Below are positions 1 through 12,885 of a DNA stretch of 64,000 nt, piece after piece; the stretch's first letter is position 1, and each line of letters starts with the position of its first letter. The notes beneath the pieces are model-generated. The model was not told where the DNA came from, did not search any database, and saw only the letters and a program-made list of their open reading frames with translations. This DNA is from Octopus sinensis. Taxonomy: Eukaryota. Both the position numbers and the translations under genes were made by a program. Location of the stretch: positions 43,214,001 to 43,278,000 of the forward strand of contig NC_043012.1 in the NCBI RefSeq assembly GCF_006345805.1. The letters are read 5' to 3'.

Positions 1-16
1 GAAGGATAGAAGTCAG

Positions 17-1140
17 GTGGTAGTAGCCAATGGGGCCACTTCCATTAACACGCAAATAGGTGTTCCGCAGGGCACTGTTTTGGGACCACTACTGTTCATA
101 ATGGCCCTCTCAGACATGCCCTCAGCCACGCAGATAGCCACGATCACAAGTTATGCAGATGATACAAAAGTTTCACAGGCAATACAGAACCCTGAAGACA
201 CTAAACACTTGCAATGTGAGCTGGACAAAATATACAAGTGGGCTGAAAAGAATAGCATGCAGTTCAATGCTGAAAAGTTTCAAGCTTTATGCTATCAGCA
301 CGCAAAACTAAATGCAATACCCAATGAATACACTGGACCCGGAGGGATGCAATCCCAGAGGCACAATCAGTGCGTGACCTGGGTATTTACATGAGTGATG
401 ACGCAACCTTTCATGTACATGTTGCTAAATTGGCAATGAAATGTAGACGACTGGCCGGATGGATTCTTAGAACCTTTAGAACAAGAGAACAAGAAACCAT
501 GATGGTCCTCTGGAGGACACTTGTCCTAAGCCACTTTGACTATTGCTCTCAGCTATGGTCACCATCCAGTGTCAAGTTGATCACAGAACTTGAGGCGATC
601 CAACGAAGCTACACGAAGAAGATAGCCTCTCTGCAGCATATAAGCTACTGGGAAAGACTCAAGAGATTAAAACTCTATTCCTTGGAGCGTAGGCGAGAAA
701 GATATGCCATAATATACATCTGGAAGATCCTGGAAGGACTTGTCCCAAACTTTGGCATCGACTGTCACACAAATGCCAGAACCGGGCGCCACTGCGTAGT
801 ACCAAGGACTCCAAATTTGCCATCAAGATGTAGGACAAGATATTGTGATAGCCTGGGCTTCAGAGGCCCACAGCTCTTCAATATCCCCCCCGAAGAACCT
901 GAGGGACCTGCATGGGGTGGATGCGGATGTCTTTAAAGTAGGACTGGATCTCTTCCTGTCAGGTGTCCCGGATGAACCAACTTCACGGCAGGAGGTGTGG
1001 ATGAGGGCAGCTGCATCGAACTCTCTCATGCACCAAATGGCAGTTGCTAAAAAGCATTCGTGAAGTAAAATGATGTAGCAACACCAAATGGCGGTGCCCC
1101 AGCATGGCCACAGCTCGTGAGCTGAAACTAGATAAAATAA
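17..1140 (+). mobile_element. CR1/L2-group LINE, 3' part of ORF2 (reverse transcriptase), frameshifted, with intact 3' tail
   Basis: GVPQGTVLGPLLF, SYADDTKV, RDLGIYM and YSLERRRERY motifs across ORFs 17-394, 370-936 and 845-1063; frameshifts near 350 and 890; ends in a CAGCT-CGTG-AGCTG hairpin and (TAAAA)n tail. Confidence 0.9.
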
Positions 1141-1183
1141 AAAAATAAAATAAAATAAAATAAAATATATATATGTATGTATG

Positions 1184-1228
<45 letters not shown>

Positions 1229-1528
1229 ATATATATATATTATATAATATATATATATATATATTATATATATATATATTATATATATATATATTATATA
1301 TATATATATAATATATATATATTGAAGTAGATAAATGAATTATCTTATTACGGATAATTCAAATGATAACCGATACCTGGGTAGCAAAAATCACAACAGA
1401 AAAAGCACGGTTGAGGTTACGACCATGGGGCCTAAAATCCGTGCCTTAGTGCGGAAATTTGAAGTTTTATATATTTAGTGTAGGAAGAAATGGAGCTGAA
1501 CGAAGATTTAACAAAATTCCTTTTTATT

Positions 1529-1614
1529 ATTTTCTACATATGTTTCAAAGGCTGCAAAGTCCCTAATTCGGATTGAATAAGGAGTCCACTTTGCAGCCTT
1601 CTCTTCAGGAAAAT
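1529..1614 (-). ncRNA. Minimal type I hammerhead ribozyme with long stem II (PLE-associated)
   Basis: Minus strand: ATTTTC CTGAAGA GAAGGCTGCAAAGT-27nt-ACTTTGCAGCCTTT GAAA C ATAT GTA GAAAAT; canonical core, 6-bp stem I, 14-bp stem II, GUA site. Confidence 0.85.
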
Positions 1615-2186
1615 CCAGGAACTTAATTCTCCAACAAAATGCACAGCAAGCTTTTCGACAAAACGCTCACGAGGAGCCCATGGAATAAATGGCACAAACT
1701 GTCTATCTATATGCGTTGACGCCAGGCTGGGTGAAAGCAGACGAGAAGGTCCGTTGAGATAATTCAAGGTCAAAATCCGGTTAGCAGAAGGGGAGTACAG
1801 GAAAATCAAAGAGTGTGAATGTATTCTGTATGACTGGTGTTAATATTTGAATTATTTTAAGAATGAGTGCTAGAGCGTTTGAGTGTGAGAAATTGCTTTC
1901 ATGTATGTGTGTGTGCGTCTATGTATGTGTGGCAGTGTGTTTCGAAGGCAGCAAGAGAGAGAGATATAGCAGGTATTAATGGTCAAGCAACAGAAAAGAC
2001 TGTGTCTGTGTGTTCGTCTGTAACCACTTGATAGAGAGAGGGAGTGTCCACAATGGTCATGGCAGGATACAGTGCTGCCGTCAGGGATGTTAGCAGTTCT
2101 AGACAACTAGCAGTTCTTATACTAACAGGGGAGTGATATCCCCTTACAATTTTCTTAGGAAATCAAGGGGTTAACTATATTAGACT

Positions 2187-4261
2187 TCATTGGTATGAGA
2201 GAAATGTATGCCTTTTCCAGTGGGGGCATCTGAAAGAATTTTGCACAATCGAGTTAACAAGGTGCCCTCTGGCGAACAAAATATGAAAGAGTTCCGAGTT
2301 ACAAAGAGCGCAGATTTTTTTGCCCTTATCAAACGGTAAAGACACCGATAAAATTGACCATTCCAGTCTAAAAGTTGAATTCGCGTTCTTCAAACGCCAG
2401 ACTAATTTGCTTAGCCCCGTAGCGTGTTGCTTTTCCTTATCACGGAACGTGGAAAAATGATTCGATATTCTAACAGCCAATTTCGATGATGAAGCTCCGA
2501 TATAAATGTAGACATCTGAATCAGTATAAACTCTGCACTGGTAAATGGCGTTTCTAATGTTGGAGTTACTAGATAAGAACCTTAATCTATTGGGATTGGT
2601 TTCCGATATTAATACAGCGTTCTCATTACTATGATGATTGTAAAGACTACCGCTGGATTCGATATTATTCACCCCATTATCATTACTATTTAAGGCAATA
2701 TCACCTGCATATTCCCTGTTACTGTGAATGCTGTGATTGATAATGTCCGTAATACTACTGTTGTTAAAACCGCTGCTAATATTATTGTTGGGACTCCCTA
2801 CATTAATGACTAGATCAGTGCTCTTATCCTTATTACCATTACTTACTCCCCCTACATTAATGACGAGATCATTGCTCTTATCCTTATTACTATTACTAAC
2901 TTCAATGTTGGTATGGAGGTTGCTAATATCTGTGCCAGTTCTATTATTATTATTATTATTATTACTGCGTGTTATGTTGGAATTAGACGGAGCAGAGTCT
3001 CCGCTCATGGGTGAGAGGGTCTTATTTAGCAGCTTATTGTTATGGGAGGAAATTATCTGTGAAAGATTTTTAGTATTGGAGAAGGCTATCCTAACTTTGT
3101 GTGAATTTACAGTGGAGTAATATCTCGAATTTCTGGGAAAATTTCTGGCAATTGCTTGGCGAAACTGCAACGGTAGGTTAGATCTTATTTGTTTACCAAA
3201 GGGAATTACAAACCAAATATAGTTTTTCCTGTTCTTGTACTGGCTCGAAGAGTCAACTCTAACATTAAGGTGGGTATCTCTGGGTTGAATAATGGGTTTT
3301 GGCCTACGAAGGCCTCCCCTGGACCACAAATTATTTATGTTATCTATATTTATGCTAGTTGTACTTGTATCGACATTCCTCAGGCTACCATCAATACTTA
3401 TATTATTTATGTTATTATAACTTGACTTATCCTGATGATAGAATGCTGGTTTCGGAAGGGCCGGGTCTATATATGCTACCTTCTCCCTATAACCGGCTTT
3501 TGACAGGGCGGCATTATAAAATTCCGCTTTCTGCCTAAAAATGTCGACGTTGGCAGATAAATTTGTTAATCTTTGAGAAATATTTTTAACTAAATTGTCT
3601 GTTATAGTTTTTGCGTGGTTAGAGAAAACACTGACATACTTTAAGTTAGCGGAAGGTTTGTGGTAGGGGCGGTAAGAATCGCTATGCAGGTTTAGTGTGA
3701 CATCTAAGAAATTTGCCTTGGTAAGTTCGTTATCAAAAACTATGCTCATGCCCATCCTATTAAAGAATCTAGCTAATCTATTTTTAGTTTTCTGTATCAT
3801 TCTATTCGGGGTGTTCTGTAGGTAAAACAGACAATCGTCACGATATAGGCCGCCTCCGATGCCCGGGGATTGGTCGGATAATTCATAGAGTATATAGATT
3901 CCGATCAAATCGGCAATCTGGGCGCTATCTGAACTTCCCATAGGTACATCGAACTCGTTGGGAGTATCCTTACGAACCCATAACTTATCTTCAAACTGTA
4001 TAAAGGATTTTCTGGCGACTAGAATTATATCAATTTCTTCTCTTGTGAGGCCTGCCTTATTATGTGCATGCCACAGGGCCTTATTGAGTACACTAGGGTT
4101 AATCGAGGGGTAGAAATTACCAATATCGAACTGAATGAACTTAGTTCTGTTTTTATTAGGGATAGAAGAGAACCACTTTACGACTTGCGAGGAGTTCGCC
4201 CAAAGGTTAAGCTTAAGCTTATTAACGAAACTAGGAATGTATTTGTCTAAAATATACTTAC

Positions 4262-4262
<1 letters not shown>
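2187..4262 (-). mobile_element. Penelope-like retroelement (Naiad-like), RT plus C-terminal GIY-YIG endonuclease, 5'-truncated, frame open
   Basis: ~690 stop-free codons after the TA tract: [28 protein letters not shown] (RT); NAIYQC..YIYIG..RISNH (GIY-YIG); C-terminal CALC..CPH. The first ~90 aa of the listed ORF are microsatellite. Confidence 0.9.
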
Positions 4263-4635
<373 letters not shown>

Positions 4636-4647
4636 TTTATTATTCTT

Positions 4648-4770
4648 ATATTTTATCTAGTTTCAGCTCACGAGCTGTGGCCATGCTGGGGCACCGCCAT
4701 TTGGTGTGCTACATCATTTTACTTCACGAATGCTTTTTAGCAACTGCCATTTGGTGCATGAGAGAGTTAC
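4648..4770 (-). mobile_element. 5'-truncated copy of the 3' tail of the LINE at 17-1140
   Basis: Reverse complement is nearly identical to ~1019-1140. Confidence 0.9.
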
Positions 4771-4933
4771 GTTCTGAGTTCAAATTCCGCCGAGGTCGAC
4801 TTTGCCTTTCATCCTTTCAGGGTCGATAAATTAAGTACCAGTTACGCACTGGGGTCGATGTAATCGACTTAATCCGTTTGTCTGTCCTTGTTTATCCCCT
4901 CTGTGTTTAGCCCCTTGTGGGTAGTAAAGAAAT
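4769..4933 (+). mobile_element. 5'-truncated tRNA-derived SINE (family 2, Deu/Nin-like central domain)
   Basis: B box GAGTTCAAATTCC, then GCCTTTCATCCTTTCAGGGTCGATAAATTAAGTACCAG; same family as 14315-14550. Domain name from memory. Confidence 0.75.
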
Positions 4934-4975
4934 ATATATATATACATATATATACATACATATATATATACATAC

Positions 4976-5015
<40 letters not shown>

Positions 5016-5080
5016 GTAATATATATATATATATACATATATATATAATATATATATATACATATAATATATTATATATA

Positions 5081-5113
<33 letters not shown>

Positions 5114-5248
5114 CTATATATATATATATTATAACATAATATATATATATACATATACATATATATATATATATTATATATTATATATATATATTATAAT
5201 ATAATATATATATACTATATATCTATATATATATATATATATATATAG
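4934..5248. repeat. (TA)n microsatellite
   Basis: Direct reading. Confidence 0.95.
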
Positions 5249-5301
5249 TGAATTGAAGAAATGGAGTTGAACGAAGATTGAACAGAAATCGTTTTATTGC
5301 A

Positions 5302-5380
5302 TTCTACACGTGTTTCGAAAGGCACAATTTACCAAATTCCGATTGAATAATGAGACATATTGTGTCTTTCTCTTCAGGAA
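5302..5380 (-). ncRNA. Minimal type I hammerhead ribozyme with long stem II
   Basis: Minus strand: TTC CTGAAGA GAAAGACACAAT-30nt-ATTGTGCCTTTC GAAA C ACGT GTA GAA; 11/12-bp stem II; flanks (5248-5400) homologous to 1475-1620. Confidence 0.8.
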
Positions 5381-5463
5381 GAAATAGGAAATCCGTTGGA
5401 AAAAACAAAAACAGAACAAACTTTTGATTAATCTGCAACAAGATTATTCATCTTTCTATTTCA

Positions 5464-5514
<51 letters not shown>

Positions 5515-6691
5515 CATATATATAGTGCTGTTGAGGGATAATTTCGAGGTGTCTCATCATTGAAGTGGTTCAGGTCAGTTGAAAGGTGTTTAGATTGCGT
5601 ATGGAAGGTGGTGAATGTAAAATAATAGAAAACATTCGACGCTTCTCAAGTATGTCACATATAATTTAAAAGAAATGAAAATACACTGATGTTTCATTAC
5701 TTTCTGTAAAGTTTTAGCCGTATAAATTGAATTTTTTGTTCTTGATGTTCTTTACTATATAGAATAACTAGCAAAGTGTTGAGATCAATAATTTGATAGC
5801 TAATTAACTGAAGTGGGATTTCTTTCAATAAGACAAGTAAGTTTGAAATGTTAACTAAACTAAAAAAAAAAAATCAAATTTGTGTTATTTTACTCTTTCT
5901 TAAGAGACAATTTTTATGTTGATAATGGAAACTAGCTCGTCGAGAACATTATAGTTTCTGTATCAATTAACTGAGAAGTAAATTCTATATTTTAGGTAGA
6001 ACATGTGATCATTAAAAAAATTATTTGTTAAAAGAAATGGGACACTTTAAATGAAAGAAATTCCCTGGTTGAAGAATCGCTGTCGAATCGAAAAGGTATG
6101 TGACTGTTGACTATTGTTGCGCTGAATATATATGTTTAATTTAAACAAATCTGGAGTAGCTACTGGTTGTGTGTTATTAATAAGAATTCACTTGTAGTAT
6201 CGAACTTAACTCTTTCACTGGATCGGTAGTAGAAAACAGGTTACTACGCCAATGTACGTTCCATAACATATCCTAAAACCAATACGATCATTGGGAATTC
6301 AATTTCTTCTCGACAAATCAATCTGTAAAGAGGAGTTAAGGAGGACGAAGAAGTTTTATAATATATATATATAATATATATTATATATATATTATATATA
6401 TATACAAACGAGGTGATACTATAAAAAGAAAACGTTAAAATATATATTTGAAAGAATAACAATACCCTGGTAGCTTTTCATGAGTTTTGTGTTTTATTTT
6501 AAGGCACCATTTTCAATATATCTATATATGCACAGGGAAGAGTACATATACATTGTCATATGTACAGTTCTGTATATACAAAAATGAAGTTTTTATGGGT
6601 CACTTAGCCATAAACATTGGCTGTGCAAATTTGCAATCCGATTGCAAATAAAATTAGTTTTTTACTACCTGATATTGTTGTGAGATATCGA

Positions 6692-6791
6692 NNNNNNNNN
6701 NNNNNNNNNNNNNNNNNNNNNNNNNNNNNNNNNNNNNNNNNNNNNNNNNNNNNNNNNNNNNNNNNNNNNNNNNNNNNNNNNNNNNNNNNNN
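6692..6791. other. Assembly gap (100 N)
   Basis: Run of N. Confidence 0.99.
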
Positions 6792-7261
6792 GTACATACA
6801 TACTTCCATACATATAGGCATGCATATACATACATGTATACATGCATTGCTACCTACATACGTGTTTATATATGGAGATTTTTCGCAACAATAACGAAAC
6901 TTTTGCATAAAGCATTTTAGTTGTCGGCGCGATGAATATGAAAATGTTTTCAAATTTTTAGAGCGATAATACCCACGCGCGCATTCTCACAGGAGCACAC
7001 TCAAACACACACACAAACAAGTTTCGAACTTAATGTTTTGCCATTATATTTATTCTCATTTTACTGGTGTTATTATTTATAGCGATACTTCCGTATGATT
7101 TAATCAATATTAGATGGTTGAAAGATATTTACGTACTACAAAAAATGCCAACAGATATTTATGTAAGTACCTACATATGTAAATTCTTTGTCCAAAGTTT
7201 TTATATTGACCTTTTGTAGTTATATAATTAATATTATTTAATAAAAGCCGTTGATTACTAA

Positions 7262-7300
<39 letters not shown>

Positions 7301-7948
7301 ACAGGTCTCTGATAAAAGGGTATGAACTTATGCGATATATATGCCTTCCTCACACAATGTCAAGTGGTTACAAGCAGATACCTTACCAAAATAAGGAAAA
7401 AATTGTATTTTCTTTTGGAACTTCATCTTCGAACTTATCTAGCTTTTGCTTTATTGATGACAGAATCATAAACTGGATTTAAATATTTAAGGTTAAACTT
7501 GCAAATTTTAGAACATACTATATTCTATCTATTTGCTTTAGATACGCTCCAGGTGCACAATTTTCAGTTGGATGACGTTCTCATTCTATATCTCTTACTT
7601 ATATATCGGGCAAGAAAAACAAAGTAATTAACCCCAGGAAATACAACCATGTGTTGGCAGAAACATATAGATGCATTGTTTTGAAATGGACTGGTCTCAT
7701 ATCAATTACGTACCAATTAAAAATCTGTATCCCAAGGTAAATAAAACATTTGAATGAAGGCAAAGTTTGATTAATCAGTAATCATAACAATCATATCAAA
7801 GCTGTATTAGTAATAATAAAGTCTCTTCTCTTTCGAACAATATCCTTCATCATCTGATAATATAACGTCGTCATTTCCACTGTTACAAGAAATAGACACT
7901 AATAAGTCATAAACCGTGATTGTTCCACAGCGTAGTTACACGATTCCA

Positions 7949-8760
7949 TCATGCCACACTCTCATCTGTGTTATCGTTATATTTTCGACTTTGGGAAAAT
8001 CTTCTAGGTTTTGATCGAGTGTCTTGGTCGAACGGACTTTCTCTATTTTGTGAATCAAATACTCCAAAAAGGGGATTATCAAAGCCTTCTTGATCTTTAT
8101 TTTTAGTATAGTAAGCGTTTCCATTCTGTTTAAGATCTAATTGGTCATCATCTGTTGAACTGGTATGTTGAGCTTCTCTATACATCGAGTCTTTAGAAAA
8201 AGGTCCATGTAAATCATGTGTTTCTAAGCCATATAACTGATTGCATACTTGCAAACTGCCATCTGGTCTTTGCTCAATATTATCTTCCCGTAAACGATGC
8301 CTTGAAAAGCTTCTTTTCTGGAATATAAACTGCTTATATTTTCTGCACAGGAAACAAAACAATATGAAGATTATTATTACAGTAAATACTACGGGTATGA
8401 TTATTGGTAATATTGCATTAGACTTGTGGGGTTGTTTTGAATATGAAGTTGATTTATTTTTGTTTTCTGCCTCAGAAGACGTTGCTTCGCTTGACGTTGT
8501 GGATAGTATGTGTTCTGTTGGACTGCGGGTGTGTACAGATGTAGTTTTCATTCCTGGATGCGTTGTAGGTGTATCTGTCATCGGGAATGTTACTGTAGAT
8601 ATTTGGTTGGTGGTTGTAGTCGTAGATACATTATTTTCAGCTGTAGTTGAGAATATACTGGTTTTATGTGAAACTGGTTTCGATGTTGACAATGGCTTTA
8701 ATGTTGTCGTGTTGAGAACAGTTACAGACTTGGATGTGCTGGACTCACTGGTTTTAGCCG
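7949..8760 (-). CDS. Multi-SRCR type I membrane receptor, last coding exon: Ser/Thr-rich stalk, TM helix, cytoplasmic tail, TGA stop
   Basis: Acceptor ttttttag at 8761-62, phase 1; T/S-rich stalk; TM AILPIIIPVVFTVIIIFILFCFLC followed by RKYK; 812 nt = 2 + 270 codons. Confidence 0.88.
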
Positions 8761-9171
8761 CTAAAAATTAGGGAAAAAAAACAACAAAAGAGATGTGTAT
8801 ACTCATAGAAAGACACGAAGCCACATATTCTAAATTCACTTCTAGATTTTTTAAAGTTGACTTTTAAATCACCAAATACACTTTGAGGGGGAAAAAGGAA
8901 ACCTCTTGCCATAATGATATCAAATCTCTCTACCTTTTCTATTTTGTCAAGATATATCTGGTTTAAGATTTAACCGGGTATCGTATCGTTACATATGTAG
9001 GTAGGATATTCTATAATAGTTTTTCAAGTAGGAAGTTTCTGAGAAGGAGCTATTAGTCTGATATTCTTTCTGGGGATTTAACGATAGAACTGGGTACATT
9101 TTACTATTAATTGAATAAATATGACATTTCTTCTTCTGTTTCGTTACAAAAGAATGAAAAAAAAAACTTAC

Positions 9172-9486
9172 TGAAGCATATTACACCGGCATCTTCTTTG
9201 TGATCACAGTTGTGAGTACCAATTCCTCTATGTTTACATTGCATGAGGTTATTTTCGGTACCATTACAAATAATATTGTCCAGCCAAATTGGACCTGCTC
9301 CCGGTCCAAAACTACCTCGGCTCAGAACCGAACCATAGCTGTATCCAAGCCACCGACATACAACTGTAGCTGCATTTTTATGCCACATATCATCACAGAT
9401 GGTACCCCATTCATTCGGTCCATTTACAAATACTTCTACGCGTCCCATATGTGGATAGTCTCCAATCAAACGAATGCGAGAAATAT
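9172..9486 (-). CDS. SRCR domain 14 exon
   Basis: RIRLIG..GRVEV..WGTICDDMW..VVCRWLG..IWLDNIIC..C..C..DAGVICF; AG/GT, 315 nt, phase 1-1. Confidence 0.93.
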
Positions 9487-9762
9487 CTTTTAATAAAAAA
9501 AGAAAAATTTAATAAGGATGAGAATATCTTACAAATTTAGGGGAAAAGAAAGATATATTCAGTTGAATCAATCACAAACCACTGGTACATATTAAATTAA
9601 TTTCAGAAATCCTGCAGGGATTTGAGCTAAAGAAATAGCTACTGAAAACCATTTTGTGAGAATGTCTATCATTTCTAACTCGCAAGCGTTTTAAGAACAG
9701 CAGCAATTATAGCAAGAATTTCTGACAAACATTTTGGGGAGGAGGTCAGTCGATTACACTTT

Positions 9763-9794
<32 letters not shown>

Positions 9795-9802
<8 letters not shown>

Positions 9803-10095
9803 ATAAAGTGAATAGAAAGTGCCAGATAATTGACTTTACAGTCCCAAACGATGAGAAAGTTAATATGAAAAATATACAGAAAATAGCAAAGTACCAGGAC
9901 CTAGCCATTGAGTTAGAAAGACTATGGAAAGTGCGGGTAAAATGTATCCCAGTAGTTATGGGTGCATTAGAAACTATCCCTAAAGATGTGAACAGATAGA
10001 TAGAGGGAATGGGCATAAAACCCAGTTTAGTACAGCTTCAGAAAACAGTGTTATTAAGAACAGCAAGGATACTTAGGAGGGTTCTTGGCATTTAA
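9795..10095 (+). mobile_element. 3' fragment of a LINE with restriction-like endonuclease (R4/Dong-like)
   Basis: IIDFTVP..KIAKYQDLAIELERLW..PVVMGAL..LQKTVLLRTARILRRVL. Confidence 0.75.
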
Positions 10096-11008
10096 GGTTA
10101 CTTGTAGCCTGATGTTAGGAATTTTTCTTTTCCAACAGTCTAATTTGTTGAGTGTATATGAAATAATAATAATAATATTAATAATATTTATCTTACGAAC
10201 TTGTGAGGAGGGTTTAATAAAAAATTCTGGGCGGCAGCATATATTTTAATAAAATTATTTCACTATGACACAATCTCACCTAAATTTTTTAAAACCCATG
10301 TTATTGTAAAGACCAAAAGTCAATAATTTCTAGTGAACTTCACATAAAACATCTTTACAGACCGGCAAAACAGAGTGACATTATGGATTTTAGTTCAAGA
10401 TGGTGGAATTTTCTAAGGTAACTGTATATTTATTTGTCTTGTATCATTTACTTAACTGGAGTGGATGTAACCACAGTCACCATCATTAATAGAAACAATT
10501 CAGTGGGAATTGATAGAGTAAGTGCAGCTGTATTAATGTGCTGCCTTAATGAAGAACCAACTGTAGAAAATGTTCCTGGTTGAGATATGTGTCAAAGTAC
10601 AAAATACTGGGCGGAGATTAATGGTGAGCATTTTATATCCACTATAGATATTTCATTATATACATTGCCAAGACATTTAATTCAACTAACCCTGAAGAAT
10701 ATATAACAGGTTTTTTTTTTATATAAATTACTAGTACACTTTACAAAGATTTCTTGTTAGTTTTCTTTGCTGGAATCGGAGTCATACACTGTGGTTTGTG
10801 AAATAATTACACGCAATTATTTGTATTCATATGAAATGGAATAGACTCTTGAAAGTTTATCACTTTAAAAAAAAGATGAAAATCTGTAAGGATATTACTT
10901 CCTTTTCGACATTTCTGAATGTTTTTTCTCTGCCCTCTATCGATTAATACTTAAGTAGTTAAAAAACGAAAACAAGACAAAACTAACGTATCAAGAATCC
11001 AAACTTAC

Positions 11009-11353
11009 CGATTGATATATTAAAACACTTGAGGTATACATCGGTTGGTCTTGAGAATTTGTTACAATAACGATTCAGGAATGTGCTACCAAATCCAGAG
11101 TTTAGACAATTTAGAAGGTTCACTTCTTGGCCGTCACAGAAAACACCGTTTAACCAGTGTCGCAATGGTTGCAGTGGTGTTGTAGGTTTCATATCACTTG
11201 GCCTATAACCGTCCTCAAATCCAAGTTGTCGGCAAAAAACGCGAGAATCGGAAGCGTTCCAGAATTGATTACACACTGTTCCCCATACGCCATCATATTC
11301 AATCTCCACACGTCCACTGGAGTTACTTCCACCGTTTAAGCGGTAATTAAGGC
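11009..11353 (-). CDS. SRCR domain 13 exon (type C)
   Basis: LNYRLNGGSNSSGRVEIEYDGVWGTVC..FCRQLG; AG/GT, 345 nt, phase 1-1. Confidence 0.92.
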
Positions 11354-11689
11354 CTGGAAATATTTTTATTTAACACTTATTTTAGAGAAATGAAAATGAG
11401 TTATGCAAGTACAAGGACTATTTACATCTGTACCCCAACAATAAAGCTGACTCAAGAAAAAATTTGAAATTTGAGCTGTTTTGGAAGCTGAAAATAATGC
11501 ACCTAATAACACCTATAATTTAATTGTAGTTTTCTGTGGATTTTTTTATTAAAATCCTGTCACAATAAGTGAGAAATGCATAAACAAGGTGGGAAAACGG
11601 AAGGCAGGTATGCCGATTGCTTTCATCGAGGCCTAACGGCCGAATGGTTTTAATGCCTGGTATTTCTTTAAGCGATCGTAGGGGACAAA

Positions 11690-11877
11690 CACAGGAAAAA
11701 AGACCCGCGCACGCACACATTCATGCGACGGGCTTCTTTCAGTTTTCGTCTACCAAATCTACTCCGAAGACTTTGGTCGCGCCGAGGCTATAGTTGAAGA
11801 CTGTTACGCAATGTGACACGCAGTGTAATTGAACCTGGAACCATGTGGCTGGAAAGTAAATTTCTTACCACATACCT
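11690..11877 (-). mobile_element. Degenerate family 1 (CORE-like) SINE fragment
   Basis: GACGGGCTTCTTTCAGTTT..CTACCAAATC..GAACC(T)GGAACCATGTGG shared with other copies. Confidence 0.65.
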
Positions 11878-12561
11878 ATATATATATATATATAGTGTTT
11901 CAGGAGATTCGATCAATGGAACAGCCTGCTCATGAAATTAACATAGTTCTCAGAGAGATTCAGCGTGACACAGAATGTGACAAGGCTAACCGTTTGAAAT
12001 ACATGCACAACTCATTTTTGCTAGGTGAGCGGACTGGAGCAACGTGAAATAAAGTGTTTCGTTCAAGGACACAACGCCTACCATAAATCGAACGTGATTG
12101 TGAACCGAATAAACCTAACCAGTATATATATATGTATGTATCTGTGTTTGTTTTTGACCCTCCCCCCACCAACCTTTTGACAGCCGATGTTGGTTAGTTT
12201 ACATCTCTGTAACGTAAATCACCAATAGATTACGTACCAGGCTTTAAAAATAAGTGTAGTGGCTAATTTGTTCGGCTAGACCCCTTTGTGATAGCAGAAC
12301 ATGCACAGTGAAAATACTTCTGATAAACAAACCGAACTTTTCTGCAGTTACGTGAAGATAGACCATTTTCTATTGTATCCGGTAAATATTTAGTGTTTTA
12401 CTGTTTTTTTAATGAAAGAAATAAATTGTTATGAAATCAAACATTGCTTCACGTGACATGATACAAGGCTGTTTTTGGGGTAGGTATGTGTGTGTGCGCG
12501 TACGTGCGTGCGTGCGTGGAGGGGGTGACATTAATATCTTAACTGAAATATTTTACTTTAC

Positions 12562-12885
12562 CTGTTTTATTATAGCAAATTACTCCAGCATCAAAATCGT
12601 CAAAACTACATCCAATGCCGTGTCCGTACGTCGTGTGTGGACATTCACTGATTGACTTCTCACTGCCATCACAAAGTACATGGCTCATTAGTATAGGTTT
12701 AAAGTTCTTGATGATATGTAGATAAGCAATACCTCCTTCATAGCTCATTTCTCGACAGGCTACATCTGCATTAGTGTTTGTCCAGTTTTTATTGCAGATT
12801 CTCCCCCATATTCCATCTACTCGCACCTCCAAAATTCCATGCATACCAGATGAAATACTGTCCCGGGAAATACGTACATCGAAGT
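12562..12885 (-). CDS. SRCR domain 12 exon (type B)
   Basis: FDVRISR..GILEVRVDGIWGRIC..VACREM..DAGVICY; AG/GT, 324 nt. Confidence 0.92.

Noticed and set aside
2175-2189. Selenocysteine recoding of the Naiad-like ORF (some Naiads encode selenoproteins; this ORF ends in TGA)
   Set aside because: The TGA is terminal, followed three codons later by TAG, and is not at a conserved Cys. I could not find a convincing SECIS (AUGA..AA..GA stem) in 1620-2186 by eye
10440-10700. Possible extra exon of the SRCR gene
   Set aside because: All minus-strand frames from plausible acceptors hit stops, and exons 11009-11353 and 9172-9486 join in frame without it
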